NCBI RefSeq assembly: GCF_036208045.1
Contig: NZ_CP121472.1
Location: forward strand, 877,531-941,530
Direction of reading: 5' to 3'
Source: Thiorhodovibrio winogradskyi
Lineage (GTDB): Bacteria > Pseudomonadota > Gammaproteobacteria > Chromatiales > Chromatiaceae
DNA: 64,000 nt
A model generated the notes under the pieces. That model had not been told where the DNA came from, did not search any database, and saw nothing but the letters and a program-made list of their open reading frames with translations. Below are positions 20,496 to 30,640 of this stretch, piece by piece; position 1 is the stretch's first letter; every line of letters starts with the position of its first letter. The position numbers were made by a program, and so were the translations under genes.

Positions 20496-21065
20496 ATGGA
20501 TCTCAATCAACTAAACGAAATCGATTTTAATAACCTGGGCGAGGCGCCGCTGCCGGTCAAGGCGGTTTTGATTGTGCTTCTGTGCGCAGGTATCGGCTAT
20601 GGCTGGTATCACTTCAATACCAAAAACCAGATCGATCAGCTCAAAGTCGCCGAACGCAAGGAAACCGAGCTTAAACAAACCTTTGAAACCAAGCAGAAAA
20701 AAGCCGCCAATCTGGATAACTACAAGCAGCAGCTCGCGGAGATGGATGAATCCTTCGAGGCGCTGCTCAAGCGGCTACCGAACGAGACCGAAGTGGATGA
20801 TCTGCTCATCGATGTCTCCCAGACCGGGCTCGCCGCCGGGCTTGAGTTTAAGTTGTTTCGGCCCACTGGAGAAGAAAAGCGCGACTTCTACGCGGAATAT
20901 CCGATTCAGATCAATGTGGTTGGCAAGTATCACCAGTTCGGCGAGTTTGTCAGCGGGCTTGCGGCATTGCCTCGCATCGTCACCATCCACAACATTTCCA
21001 CCAACGGCGATAACCTGAGCGCGACCGTCAAGACTTATCGCTATCTGAAAGAGAACGCCCTGTAA
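20496..21065 (+). CDS. pilO: Type IV pilus assembly protein PilO
   Basis: 189 aa with an N-terminal TM helix plus coiled coil. Operon position and size fit PilO. Confidence 0.8.
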   Translation: MDLNQLNEIDFNNLGEAPLPVKAVLIVLLCAGIGYGWYHFNTKNQIDQLKVAERKETELKQTFETKQKKAANLDNYKQQLAEMDESFEALLKRLPNETEVDDLLIDVSQTGLAAGLEFKLFRPTGEEKRDFYAEYPIQINVVGKYHQFGEFVSGLAALPRIVTIHNISTNGDNLSATVKTYRYLKENAL

Positions 21066-21646
21066 TGAAAATTCCAGCGCGCCTTTCCCCAATGACAGCC
21101 TTGCCAGGGACCAACTTGCCAGGGACCACCTTGAGGTTGACGGCCTTGACTGCCGTGCTTGGTCTTGTTGGCTGTGGCGACTCCCAACTCTGGGAGTTGC
21201 AGGGCTTTGTCGATGAGGTGAAGCAACGACGTCCGCCGCCGCTGGAACCCGTACCGCAGATCAAGCAGGTAGAGAATTTTATTTACGACCCGGATGGTCG
21301 GCGTAGTCCCTTTGTCATGGACGAACAAAGTGCGGAGGCGATCACGCCCGAGTTTGTCGGCGGGACTGGCCTGGCGCCTGATCCACTGCGGCGCAAAGAG
21401 GTGCTGGAGCAGTATTCGCTCGACTCCCTGCGCATGGTCGGAACCCTGGATCAGAACAACAGTACCTGGGGCCTGATTACCTCCCCCGACGGTATTCTGC
21501 ATCGGGTCGCGGTGGGTAACTACCTGGGCCGCAACCATGGTCGCGTAAACAGTATTAGTCAGCAGAGCATCCAGTTGACGGAACTCGTCAACGAGGGTGT
21601 GAATGAATGGGTTGAACGCCAAGCCTCGATCAAGCTCAGCGAATGA
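21065..21646 (+). CDS. pilP: Type IV pilus assembly lipoprotein PilP
   Basis: 193 aa with a lipoprotein signal ...VLGLVGCGD. Sits between pilO and pilQ. Confidence 0.8.
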   Translation: MKIPARLSPMTALPGTNLPGTTLRLTALTAVLGLVGCGDSQLWELQGFVDEVKQRRPPPLEPVPQIKQVENFIYDPDGRRSPFVMDEQSAEAITPEFVGGTGLAPDPLRRKEVLEQYSLDSLRMVGTLDQNNSTWGLITSPDGILHRVAVGNYLGRNHGRVNSISQQSIQLTELVNEGVNEWVERQASIKLSE

Positions 21647-21665
21647 TCGATCGGAGATTCTCGCC

Positions 21666-24035
21666 ATGACCAGACGCAAGTTAGATCAACACTCAAACCA
21701 AGGGTTTGACCGAAGGCCCGCTAGGCGCACTGCCCGAACGCACCTTGGCCGAGGCGGTGCTCTTCTCCTAGCCGGACTCTGGTGGCCCTTGATCGCGGGG
21801 GCGGCAACGGTGCTTGAGGATGTTGAGTTCTCCGCCTTGCCTGGCAATGCGGTCGAGGTCGACCTGATTTTTTCCGGCACGCCGCCAGCGCCGACGGATT
21901 TTGCCACTGATAACCCGGCGCGCATTGCCATCGACCTGCCCGATGTGAACACCGACCTGGCCAGCAAGGAGGTTCCCATCGAGATCGGTGTCGCCCAGAG
22001 CCTGAATGCCATTCAGGCCGGCAGCCGCACCCGGGTGGTCTTGAATCTCGCCAACGCGGTGCCTTACAACCTCAGGACGGATGGTAATCGCATTATCGTC
22101 AGCCTCAATCCATCCGTCGCGGAGGTGACCGCGGACGCGGATCTTATCGACGAGGATCCGCGCCCAAGCAGTGCGGAGCCAAGAAGTGCGGAGGAGCAAG
22201 CGGCGGGAACTCCCGCCCTGGCCTCCATCCCGGTCTCGACGCCCGGCGACGAGGCTCTTCCGCCGACGGCGACCCAACCGGAAATGCCGCGTCAGATTGG
22301 CGCCGTGCGCACCTCGCGCTTCGGGCGCGCGGCTGCGTCCAGCCGGCGTGCCGCGCTCAAGAATATCGACTTCCGCCGCGGCGCCGATGGTGCCGGACGG
22401 GTGCTGATTAGCCTGCCCTCGGCCACCACACCGGTGAATGTGCGCGCGCAAGGTGATTCTGTAGTCGTGGATATTGGCAATACCCAGTTGCCACAACGGT
22501 TGTTTCGCCGGCTTGACGTGGTTGACTTCGCCACCCCGGTGGTCGCGGTCGAGTCTCGCGCCGAAGGTGATGATATCCAAGTTAAAATCGACACCACCAA
22601 TGACTTCGACTACCTGGCCTATCAGAGCGACAATCTCTTCACGGTCGAGTTTCGCGCCCTGACGCCGGCCGAGAAGGAACAGCTCGAACGCGAGAAAGTC
22701 GTCTACGACGGTGATCGGCTGTCATTGAACTTCCAGGACATCGAGGTGCGCGCGGTGCTCCAGCTGCTGGCCGACTTCACCGGCCTGAATCTGGTTGCCA
22801 GCGACACCGTGCGCGGCAATATCACCCTGCGGCTGCAAAACGTCCCTTGGGATCAGGCACTCGATATCGTGCTCAAGACCAAGGGGCTTTCCATGCGCCA
22901 GACCGGCAATGTCGTCATGGTCGCGCCTACGCAAGAGATCGCCGCGCAGGAGAAATTGGAACTCGAGTCCGTGCAGCAAATCGAGGAACTCGCCCCGCTG
23001 CGCTCCGAGTTCATTCAGGTTAACTACGCCAAGGCGTCCGACCTCGCGTCCCTGATTAAATCCGAGGGCAACAACCTCATGTCGGAGCGCGGCAACGTTA
23101 CCGTGGATAAGCGCACCAACACCCTGCTGGTGCAGGATACGGGCAACAAGCTCGAGGAAATCCGGGCGCTGGTAACGCGGCTGGATATCCCGGTGCGGCA
23201 GGTACTGGTCGAGTCCCGTGTGGTGATCGCGGATAACAACTTTTCGCGGGATCTTGGTGTTCGGTTTGGTGTTTCCGGGTCCATGGGGACTAGTGGAAGC
23301 AATGAGTTGTTGGTTACTGGTTCACAGCAAGGCTCTATAGACGATTCTGGTTTACTGGACATGGGAGGGTTCATGGGCATTTACGGAGAGCCTGGCTCGG
23401 CGGTTAATTCTACGATCCTTACGGAAAATGATTCGGCAGGATTGATGGTCAGTCTTCCCGCCGGCACTCCCTCGGGCGCAGTGAATTTCTTGCTTGGCAA
23501 GGTTGGGTCTCATCTATTGCAGCTTGAGCTGACAGCCATGCAGACGGAAGGACGCGGCGAGATCGTCTCTGCGCCTCGCGTTGTCACATCAGATGGCCAT
23601 GAGGCGACGATCAAACTCGGTCAACAAATACCGTATCAGGAACAAGCAGGTGGATTAGGTGGAGGAACCACGGTTGCATTTAAGGATGCGGTATTGGAAC
23701 TAAATGTGACCCCACAGATAACCCCGGATGATCGCATCATCATGGATCTGGCCGTAAATAAAGACAATGTCAACGAGTCGCTCCAGGTGCAGGGGACGCC
23801 GGGAATAGATACCCGGTCTGTTGAGACATCCGTGTTAGTCAACAATGGCGAGACAATTGTGCTTGGTGGGGTCTTCGATGGGCAAAAGAACTACAGCCGA
23901 GAACAGGTACCCTGGCTTGGCGATCTGCCGATTCTGGGCAATTTGTTCAAGACAACGGCACGCTCGGAAGTCAATACAGAACTGCTGATCTTTGTCACGC
24001 CAAAAATTCTCAAGGGGGACCTGGCGGGCGGCTAG
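21666..24035 (+). CDS. pilQ: Type IV pilus secretin PilQ
   Basis: Start at MTRRKLDQ. AMIN domains, N0/N1 domains and a C-terminal secretin domain ending ...LLIFVTPKILK. The 3' ~760 bp is distinctly AT-richer than the rest of the gene. Confidence 0.9.
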   Translation: MTRRKLDQHSNQGFDRRPARRTARTHLGRGGALLLAGLWWPLIAGAATVLEDVEFSALPGNAVEVDLIFSGTPPAPTDFATDNPARIAIDLPDVNTDLASKEVPIEIGVAQSLNAIQAGSRTRVVLNLANAVPYNLRTDGNRIIVSLNPSVAEVTADADLIDEDPRPSSAEPRSAEEQAAGTPALASIPVSTPGDEALPPTATQPEMPRQIGAVRTSRFGRAAASSRRAALKNIDFRRGADGAGRVLISLPSATTPVNVRAQGDSVVVDIGNTQLPQRLFRRLDVVDFATPVVAVESRAEGDDIQVKIDTTNDFDYLAYQSDNLFTVEFRALTPAEKEQLEREKVVYDGDRLSLNFQDIEVRAVLQLLADFTGLNLVASDTVRGNITLRLQNVPWDQALDIVLKTKGLSMRQTGNVVMVAPTQEIAAQEKLELESVQQIEELAPLRSEFIQVNYAKASDLASLIKSEGNNLMSERGNVTVDKRTNTLLVQDTGNKLEEIRALVTRLDIPVRQVLVESRVVIADNNFSRDLGVRFGVSGSMGTSGSNELLVTGSQQGSIDDSGLLDMGGFMGIYGEPGSAVNSTILTENDSAGLMVSLPAGTPSGAVNFLLGKVGSHLLQLELTAMQTEGRGEIVSAPRVVTSDGHEATIKLGQQIPYQEQAGGLGGGTTVAFKDAVLELNVTPQITPDDRIIMDLAVNKDNVNESLQVQGTPGIDTRSVETSVLVNNGETIVLGGVFDGQKNYSREQVPWLGDLPILGNLFKTTARSEVNTELLIFVTPKILKGDLAGG

Positions 24036-24128
24036 TGGTGCTGGCGGGAGGCAAGGTCCAGGTTTTCGCCATGGCGCCGGGCTTGATCAGTTTGCCGCGC
24101 GGGCCGCAATGAATCGGGACATGCTCCG

Positions 24129-24737
24129 ATGAGCCAAAGCGTTGCCCACGTCGGCTTCGCCGCGCCCAGCGGCACCGGCAAGACCAGCTTGCTGACGCGC
24201 TTGGTGCCGGTGCTACGCGCACGCGGTCTGCGCCTGGGCTACCTCAAGCACGCCCATCATGGCTTCGATCTCGACACCCCCGGCAAGGATAGCTACCTCT
24301 TGCGCGAGGCCGGGGCGAGCGCCGTGCTCATCGCCTCGGCTCGGCGCTGGGCCTTCATTCAGGAACGGGTGGCGGACGAGCCGCACGCAGGACAGCCTGA
24401 AACGCGGGACGAGCGACCACCGCTGGATGCGCTGCTCGCGCGCTTCGACGCCGATACCACCGATCTGGTGCTGATTGAGGGCTGGCATGGCGCACCCCTG
24501 CCGCGCATTGCCCTGCATCGTCGCGCATTGGGGCGAGCCTTCTTGGATTTCGATGATCCCGATCTGATTGCCGTGGCAACGGATGCGCCGGAACAAGTGC
24601 CGGACACTCTGCCACGGCTCCCGCTGGGAGAACCGGGCGTCATTGCTGACTTTATTTTGAATCACCCCCGCATTGGCTTGGTCGGCAGGAGGGATCGCCA
24701 GCACCCTGGCCATGCCTGCGGGTCAACCGAATCCTAA
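24129..24737 (+). CDS. mobB: Molybdopterin-guanine dinucleotide biosynthesis adapter protein MobB
   Basis: P-loop GFAAPSGTGKTSLL together with ...LGYLKHAHHGFDLDTPGKDSY, the MobB signature. The C-terminal end of the ORF may be over-extended. Confidence 0.8.
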   Translation: MSQSVAHVGFAAPSGTGKTSLLTRLVPVLRARGLRLGYLKHAHHGFDLDTPGKDSYLLREAGASAVLIASARRWAFIQERVADEPHAGQPETRDERPPLDALLARFDADTTDLVLIEGWHGAPLPRIALHRRALGRAFLDFDDPDLIAVATDAPEQVPDTLPRLPLGEPGVIADFILNHPRIGLVGRRDRQHPGHACGSTES

Positions 24738-24885
24738 AGGGCCAGCAATTCCAAACTTGGGTGTTTTCATGTGGTGTAGCGGACATTACGCACCCCAAAA
24801 CAGCAAAATCCAGTATTTTCCATCGGCCTCAATGATTATTCAGTACGTGAATAAATGAAGCGCTTCTCAAATACCTTTAGAGCCA

Positions 24886-25290
24886 TCAAAAGGCCTGTTG
24901 GGTGGGAGGGAAGGGTTGGTGTAACAGGCGCGTCTGCCCCATGCAAATCACCATCGCTCCGCGAAACTTCCAGGTCAGCATATAGGCGCTCGGGCGCGCG
25001 GTCGGCTTGTTGTCCCACCCTGGCACGGTCGTCTCGGTGGCGGCCAGCTCAGGGCGCATGACATACTCCATCAGGTGCCAGATCAACAGCGAGATCAGCA
25101 AGATCAACCCCAGCGCCTCCCAATGAAGTGCTTGGCCGCTCAGGGCACTTGAGAAACAGCGCATTGACAATCTGATCATCCTTGAGAAAGCTGACATTGC
25201 GCTCGATGGCATATTGCTCCTTGTAGGTTCTGAGGATCTGCTTAGGCAGAGTAGCCCTGCGTGCCGCCGCCGAATCTGATTGCCGGCGGC
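24886..25290 (-). pseudogene. IS1634/IS4-family transposase C-terminal remnant (frameshifted, N-terminus missing)
   Basis: Two adjacent minus-strand frames encode the conserved transposase C-terminus: ...YKEQYAIERNVSFLKDDQIVNALFLKCPE, then after a frame shift ALHWEALGLILLISLLIWHLMEYVMR...VPGWDNKPTARPSAYMLTWKFRGAMVICMGQ. No upstream DDE core is present. An AT-rich terminal segment lies at 24740-24890. Confidence 0.6.
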
Positions 25291-25344
25291 TGTCGCTTCG
25301 GTACCGAACCCAAGACCTCGGTGCTTGATCTTGGTTGGGGCCGT

Positions 25345-26184
25345 TTAACCAAGGTTCTCTCCGCGCGGACCTATCACCTGCCGCCGGCGGAAAGGGGCTT
25401 GCAGCAGTCGCGTGAGCAGGCGGCGTGGCGTTAGCCACTGGATGCGGGCGCCATGGCGTTGGTTGCCGAGTACTCGGTCGGCGAGTGCGGGAGCGACGGT
25501 CTCGACCCTGTCGCCGAAGATATTGATAAAGCGCCGGATTTGCGTTGCTTGTTCGGGCCGGATGCTAAGCGCAAGCAGATCAGTCGGCACCACCCCCGGA
25601 TTGAGGCTGCTGAGCTTGACTGGTGTGCCGCGCAGTTCGGCGGCAAGTGACTTGGTGAAATAACGCAGCGCCGCCTTGCTGGTGCCGTAGAGGGAGCTCC
25701 CGCGCCGGCGTTCTCCGCTGCTGCCCCAGCCTTCGAGCGTATAGAGGTGGCCGTGGCCTTGCTCGAGCATGCCGCGCACGGCCGTACGGCAACCGTGCAT
25801 GGTACCGAGCAGATTGATCCGTATCAGGGTTTCGATGGTGGCCGGGTCGTGCTGCCAGAAATCGACTTCATGCGAGCCGATGGCGGCGTTGTTGATCCAG
25901 ATATCGACGCGTCCAAACTGATCGATAGCCGCGTCCCAAAGCGCCTGGACCGCAGTGGCATCAGCGACATCACAGTTCTGTCCATGTAGCCGGTTTGCGG
26001 CTCCGGGGATGGACGCGTCGAGTTCGGCCAATGTCTGCGCGAGGCGGTCGCCATCCCGAGCGCAGATCACCACCCGACACTGGCTTTGCACAAAGGCGCG
26101 CGCGAGTCCCTTGCCAATACCACGGGTTCCGCCAGTGATGACGATGACGGGTTGATCCAAAGCCGACCTCCTGCACGATGCCAT
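25345..26184 (-). CDS. SDR-family NAD(P)-dependent oxidoreductase
   Basis: 279 aa with the glycine-rich VIVITGGTRGIGKGLA motif, the NNAA motif and the catalytic YxxxK (YGTSKAAL). Confidence 0.8.
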   Translation of the reverse strand: MASCRRSALDQPVIVITGGTRGIGKGLARAFVQSQCRVVICARDGDRLAQTLAELDASIPGAANRLHGQNCDVADATAVQALWDAAIDQFGRVDIWINNAAIGSHEVDFWQHDPATIETLIRINLLGTMHGCRTAVRGMLEQGHGHLYTLEGWGSSGERRRGSSLYGTSKAALRYFTKSLAAELRGTPVKLSSLNPGVVPTDLLALSIRPEQATQIRRFINIFGDRVETVAPALADRVLGNQRHGARIQWLTPRRLLTRLLQAPFRRRQVIGPRGENLG

Positions 26185-26249
26185 ATCAAGCGCTGCCGGG
26201 TCTCGCTGAAACCTTGAATGACTGGACCTGATTCAACCAAGACTTTCAG

Positions 26250-26830
26250 TCAGTTTCCCGGTCGCCTAGTCTGGAACAGAGTGTCCCATCCCCGAATCAC
26301 GCGTTTTTTCTCATCATACCAGCGGGCTTGGTTCATGGTGCTGGTGTTCCTCGACAAAGCGCAGCGCACGGCCCTGGGTGCCAAAGGCTTTAGTCATTGA
26401 TAGCAGCTCGGCCACTTCCTCTTTGTATGGCAGATACCCCAGTATCAGCTACAGCGTCCACAGCTGTTCCAGGGCATCGCGGTGCTCGGTCGTCCGCGGC
26501 ATCCAGGACAGCCGCAGCGCCTGCGCGAGTTCGGACCGCTCGGCGAATGCCGCTCGGTGGTGGTCACGGCTGCCACCTTCGGGATTAAAACCGCAGATCT
26601 CAGCGATTGCTTCAAGGAGAGTAGACTTTCCGCTGCCGTTTTCTCCAACGAAAAAGTTAACCTTGTTATTCAATGGCTAATCGATCCCCTGTCGAAATGC
26701 CGGAATGTTGAACGGAAAGCGGTTCTCTCCCATGCGTTCGGACAAACTGCCGATGTGTCGCAGGTAGGGCGCGCCGGTCTTGGGCCGGGCGTGTCGGGTT
26801 GCGCGGGTAAGTACCATGGCATTTCAGGTT
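26250..26830 (-). pseudogene. Degraded AAA_21/ABC-type ATPase gene (in-frame stop and frameshift; middle section missing)
   Basis: Minus-strand frame reads ...RPKTGAPYLRHIGSLSERMGENRFPFNIPAFRQGID-stop-PLNNKVNFFVGENGSGKSTLLEAIAEICGF... (Walker A) and terminates after ~74 aa. A separate downstream frame encodes a C-terminal-like piece, ILGYLPYKEEVAELLSMTKAF... Confidence 0.5.
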
Positions 26831-27208
26831 CGGTTAAGCCGCTGCCTCGATTTGGATGTCTGGGAGTCGTTCTTCGTGTGCCTAGTGAAGCGCGGGGAAG
26901 ATACTATACGGCATATCGATGGTTAAGATTGTCATGTGTTTGCCTCTTATCTCAAAGAGAGCAATTTGGGGAAAACTATTGAGGCCATGCAGGTCTAAGC
27001 TTTGAAACCAAACCCGAGCAACGAGGAGACCGTATCCACCAGGCACTGCCGGAGTTCAAGTTTACCGGAGCCAATGATCTGCCGGGGTTGGGCGCACGGG
27101 TGCTCAGTCTGACATCGCCTTGATGCAGGCGCCGACGACGCTTGCCAGCTAGCCTTCGCTTGCCTCGGTGGCGGGCGCCAAATCCTGCGTGGCCTGGCGG
27201 GAAGCGAT

Positions 27209-30200
27209 ATGAACATCGCTGCCGCGACGCTCGAGAAGCGTACCATCGCCTGGCTCGCCTGCCTGCTGCTGTTGATCGGCGGCTGGATCAGCTATCAGGG
27301 GCTCGGCCGTTTCGAGGATCCGGAGTTCGTCATCCGCGAGGCGGTCATCGTCACTCCCTATCCGGGCGCACTGCCAACCGAGGTGGCCGAGGAGGTCACC
27401 GATGTGATCGAGGGCGCCGCGCAGCAGTTGCAGGAGGTCAAGGAGATCACCTCGGTCTCCAGCATGGGGCTGTCGCGGGTCAAGGTGGAGATCGAACTAC
27501 CCTTCGCACGCAGCCGCGACCAACTGGAGCAGGTCTGGGACAAGCCGCGGCGCAAGATCGCCGACGCCGCGCGCGAGCTGCCGCCCGGCGCCGGGCCGCC
27601 GGTGGTCAACGACGACTTCGGCGACGTCTACGCGCTCTTCTTTGCCGTCACCGGCGACGGCTACTCGCTCGAGCAGATCCGCGACTATGTCGAGATCCTA
27701 GAGCGCGAGCTGGTGCTGGTGCCCGGCGTGGCCCGAGTCGCGACCCTGGGCGCGCCGCGCGACGCCATCTATGTCGAGATCGCCGCTGCCCGCGCTGCGC
27801 AACTCGGCATCAGCCAGGCTCGGATCGATGCCGCGCTGCGTGAGCATAATGCCGTGTCAGCGGCAGGTGATCTCGAGGTCGGCCCGCAGCGTATCCGCAT
27901 CGTCCCCAAGGGCGCTGCCGACTCGGTGGCCGCGATCGGCAACATCGTCCTCGGCGCGGGCGGTGGCGATCAACTGATTTTCCTCAAAGATGTGGCCGAG
28001 ATCCGCCTTGGCCTGGTCGAGCCGCCATCGGTGTTGGTTGGCTACGACGGCCAGCCGGCGATCAGCCTCGGCGTTTCCAATGTCGCCGGCGGCAATGTGG
28101 TCGCCATGGGCGATGCGGTGCGCGCGCGGCTCGATGAGCTGGAGTCGCAGCGGCCAGTCGGGATGATGCTCAACATCGTCTCCTACCAATCCGATTCAGT
28201 GCGCGAGGCGGTCAACGGCTTCGTCTGGAATTTGATCGCGGCGCTGGTCATCGTCATCGGCGTGCTGGTGCTCTTCATGGGGCTGCGCAGCGGCATCATC
28301 GTTGGCATCGTGCTCTTGCTGACCGTGGCCGGCTCCCTGATCGCGATGTACCTGGACGACATCGCCATGCAACGGATCTCGCTCGGCGCGCTGATCATCG
28401 CCCTGGGCATGCTGGTCGACAACGCCATCGTCGTCACCGACGGCATCCTGGTGCGACTGCGGCGCGGCGAGGAGCGGCGCACGGCGGCCATCGCGGTGGT
28501 TCAGGCGACCCAGTGGCCGCTGCTCGGTGGCACCGCGGTCGGCATCCTCGCCTTCAGCGCGATCGGGCTCTCGCCGACCGACATGGGCGAGTACGCCGGC
28601 TCGCTGTTCTGGGTGATCCTCTACTCGATGCTGCTGAGCTGGCTGCTGGCGGTGACCATCACGCCGCTGCTGTGCGTCGAGCTGCTCAAGGTCAAGGCGG
28701 CCGACCCGACGCAGGCGCAACGCCAGCCGGTGCTCGATCGCTACCGCGCCCTGCTGCGGACGCTGCTGCGCCATCGGCTCGGCACCGGACTCGCGCTGCT
28801 GGCGCTGCTGGCGGCGGGTGTCGTCGGCTTCGGCTTCGTCTCGCCGGGCTTCATGCCGGAGTCTGCACGGCCGCAGTTCGTCGTCGATCTCTACCTGCCG
28901 CAGGGCACCGACATCGAGACCACGGCGGCCGAGCTGGCCGAGGTGGAAGAGCGCGTTCGCGCCAAGCCCGGCGTGACCCATGCCACGCGCTTCGTCGGCC
29001 AGGGCGGGCTGCGCTTCATGCTCACCTATGCCCCCGAGGAGCCGAACAGCGCCTATGGCCAGCTGCTAGTCGACGTGGACGACTTTCGCCGCATCAACCC
29101 GCTGGTCGCCGAGCTGCAAGAGGAGCTGGGCGCGGCGCACCCGGACGCCGCGATCAAGGTCTGGAAGTTCATGCTCGGGCGCGGTGGCGGCAAGAAGATC
29201 GAAGCCGCCTTCCGCGGGCCGGACCCGGCGGTGCTGCGCCAGCTCGCCGAGGAGGCCAAGGCGATCATGGCCGCGGACCCGGGCGCGATCGCGGTACAGG
29301 ACGACTGGCGCGAGAAGGTGGCGGTGCTGCGCCCGGAGATTGATCTAGTGGCCGCTGAGCGCGCCGGAGTCGATGCCAGCCAAATCAGCGCCGCGCTGAA
29401 TCGCGCCTTCAGCGGCACGCCGGTCGGGGTCTATCGCGAGGGGGACACCCTGGTGCCAATCATCGCCCGCGCGCCGCTGACGGAGCGCGATGAGGCCGCC
29501 GCGCTGAACAATGTCCAGGTCCAAAGCCCGACCGCCGGGCGCTACCTGCCGGTCGGCCAGCTGATCAAGGGGACTGATCTGGAATGGGTGGACGCCATCG
29601 TGCGCCGGGTTGATCGTTTCCCAACCCTCAAGGCGCAGGCCGATCCCTTACCGGGCGCGCTGTCCGGGCCGCTGCTGGAGCGGCTCAAACCGTCGATCGA
29701 GGCCATCGCGCTAGCACCGGGCTACGCGCTGGAATGGCATGGCGAGGACAAGGCCTCGCGCGAGGCCAATGCCGGCCTCGCGCTCTCGGCGCCTTACGGC
29801 TTCGCGGCGATGATCCTGGCCGTGGTGGTGATGTTCAACGCGCTGCGCCAGCCGCTGGTGATCTGGCTCACGGTGCCGCTGGCCATCGTCGGCGTGGCCA
29901 TTGGCCTGCTGCTGTTCCAGGTGCCGTTCGAGTTCATGGCCATCCTCGGCTTCCTGAGCCTGATCGGGATGTTGGTCAAGAACGCCATCGTACTGGTCGA
30001 CGAGGCCGATGTGGAGCGCCAGGCCGGCGCCCCAGGGCTCGCGCCGGTGCTCAATGCCGCTGCTGGCCGCGCGCGGCCGGTGGTGCTGGGCGCCCTGACC
30101 ACCATCCTCGGCGTTGCGCCGCTGCTGCTGGACCCCTTCTTCAAGAGCATGGCGGTCACCATCATGTTCGGCCTGGCCTTTGCGACCCTGCTGACTCTGA

Positions 30201-30259
30201 TCGTGGTGCCGCTCTTGTATGCCGTGCTCTTTCGGATGAGCGACCCTGTGCCCGCCTGA
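27209..30259 (+). CDS. Efflux RND transporter permease (AcrB/HAE1-like); no adjacent adaptor or outer-membrane factor gene
   Basis: 1016 aa with 12-TM RND topology. N-terminus MNIAAATLEKRTIAWLACLLLLIGG and typical periplasmic loops. The upstream 200 bp carries only a Met-less ~46-codon open frame. Confidence 0.9.
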   Translation: MNIAAATLEKRTIAWLACLLLLIGGWISYQGLGRFEDPEFVIREAVIVTPYPGALPTEVAEEVTDVIEGAAQQLQEVKEITSVSSMGLSRVKVEIELPFARSRDQLEQVWDKPRRKIADAARELPPGAGPPVVNDDFGDVYALFFAVTGDGYSLEQIRDYVEILERELVLVPGVARVATLGAPRDAIYVEIAAARAAQLGISQARIDAALREHNAVSAAGDLEVGPQRIRIVPKGAADSVAAIGNIVLGAGGGDQLIFLKDVAEIRLGLVEPPSVLVGYDGQPAISLGVSNVAGGNVVAMGDAVRARLDELESQRPVGMMLNIVSYQSDSVREAVNGFVWNLIAALVIVIGVLVLFMGLRSGIIVGIVLLLTVAGSLIAMYLDDIAMQRISLGALIIALGMLVDNAIVVTDGILVRLRRGEERRTAAIAVVQATQWPLLGGTAVGILAFSAIGLSPTDMGEYAGSLFWVILYSMLLSWLLAVTITPLLCVELLKVKAADPTQAQRQPVLDRYRALLRTLLRHRLGTGLALLALLAAGVVGFGFVSPGFMPESARPQFVVDLYLPQGTDIETTAAELAEVEERVRAKPGVTHATRFVGQGGLRFMLTYAPEEPNSAYGQLLVDVDDFRRINPLVAELQEELGAAHPDAAIKVWKFMLGRGGGKKIEAAFRGPDPAVLRQLAEEAKAIMAADPGAIAVQDDWREKVAVLRPEIDLVAAERAGVDASQISAALNRAFSGTPVGVYREGDTLVPIIARAPLTERDEAAALNNVQVQSPTAGRYLPVGQLIKGTDLEWVDAIVRRVDRFPTLKAQADPLPGALSGPLLERLKPSIEAIALAPGYALEWHGEDKASREANAGLALSAPYGFAAMILAVVVMFNALRQPLVIWLTVPLAIVGVAIGLLLFQVPFEFMAILGFLSLIGMLVKNAIVLVDEADVERQAGAPGLAPVLNAAAGRARPVVLGALTTILGVAPLLLDPFFKSMAVTIMFGLAFATLLTLIVVPLLYAVLFRMSDPVPA

Positions 30260-30399
30260 CAATGCCCCCAGTGATGCCTTGCTGACCATTGTCAAGACAA
30301 GCGGTAGGTTGAAATCAGGTCATCTGAAGGTAAGCCGATTGCATTCCCGAGCAATGCTGGCTGGTGTCGTTGCAAAAAAGAGTCGTTGCAAAAAAGAGA

Positions 30400-30427
30400 T
30401 TGACATTCGCGAAAACCGGGCTAGACT
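30400..30427 (+). promoter_or_regulatory. Putative sigma70 promoter (TTGACA-16 nt-TAGACT), preceded by a tandem 16-nt direct repeat
   Basis: Read directly: TTGACA at 30400-30405 and TAGACT at 30422-30427. Two abutting copies of tcgttgcaaaaaagag lie at 30367-30398. Confidence 0.35.
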
Positions 30428-30464
30428 CTCTCGACATTCTGTGACTGACAGCAGGCTGGAGCAC

Positions 30465-30578
30465 ATGCAACTCAATCAATTCTTCATGGCAATCGATGGC
30501 TTGGCAACCGGCGCGCCAATTCGCGCGTGCGCTCGGATTTGTTCAAGCCGCGACTTCGAGATCATCACTGTGGGCTGA
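30465..30578 (+). CDS. Small ORF (37 aa; MQLNQFFMAIDGLATGAPIRACARICSSRDFEIITVG) inside a promoter-terminator bounded unit; may alternatively be a non-coding sRNA
   Basis: GGAG 3 nt upstream of the ATG. It sits between the putative promoter and an intrinsic terminator. No homology recognised. Confidence 0.3.
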   Translation: MQLNQFFMAIDGLATGAPIRACARICSSRDFEIITVG

Positions 30579-30640
30579 GCCTGTTCGCGCTTTTTCGCGG
30601 AAGGCCCGGCTCCCCGGGCCTTCCGGCGGGTTAACAAGAA

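Noticed and set aside
26990-27122. Possible C-terminal fragment of a membrane-fusion (adaptor) protein upstream of the RND pump
   Set aside because: Only a Met-less ~46-codon open frame (ending ...ALPEFKFTGANDLPGLGARVLSLTSP) with no alignable motif. Mentioned in a finding, but too weak to list as a pseudogene.
27142-27843. 233-aa Arg-rich plus-strand ORF and other alternative-frame ORFs inside the RND permease (28196..28981 -, 28513..29343 +, 29711..30295 -)
   Set aside because: Alternative frames of a gene with a clear RND signature; extreme Arg/Gly/Pro composition.
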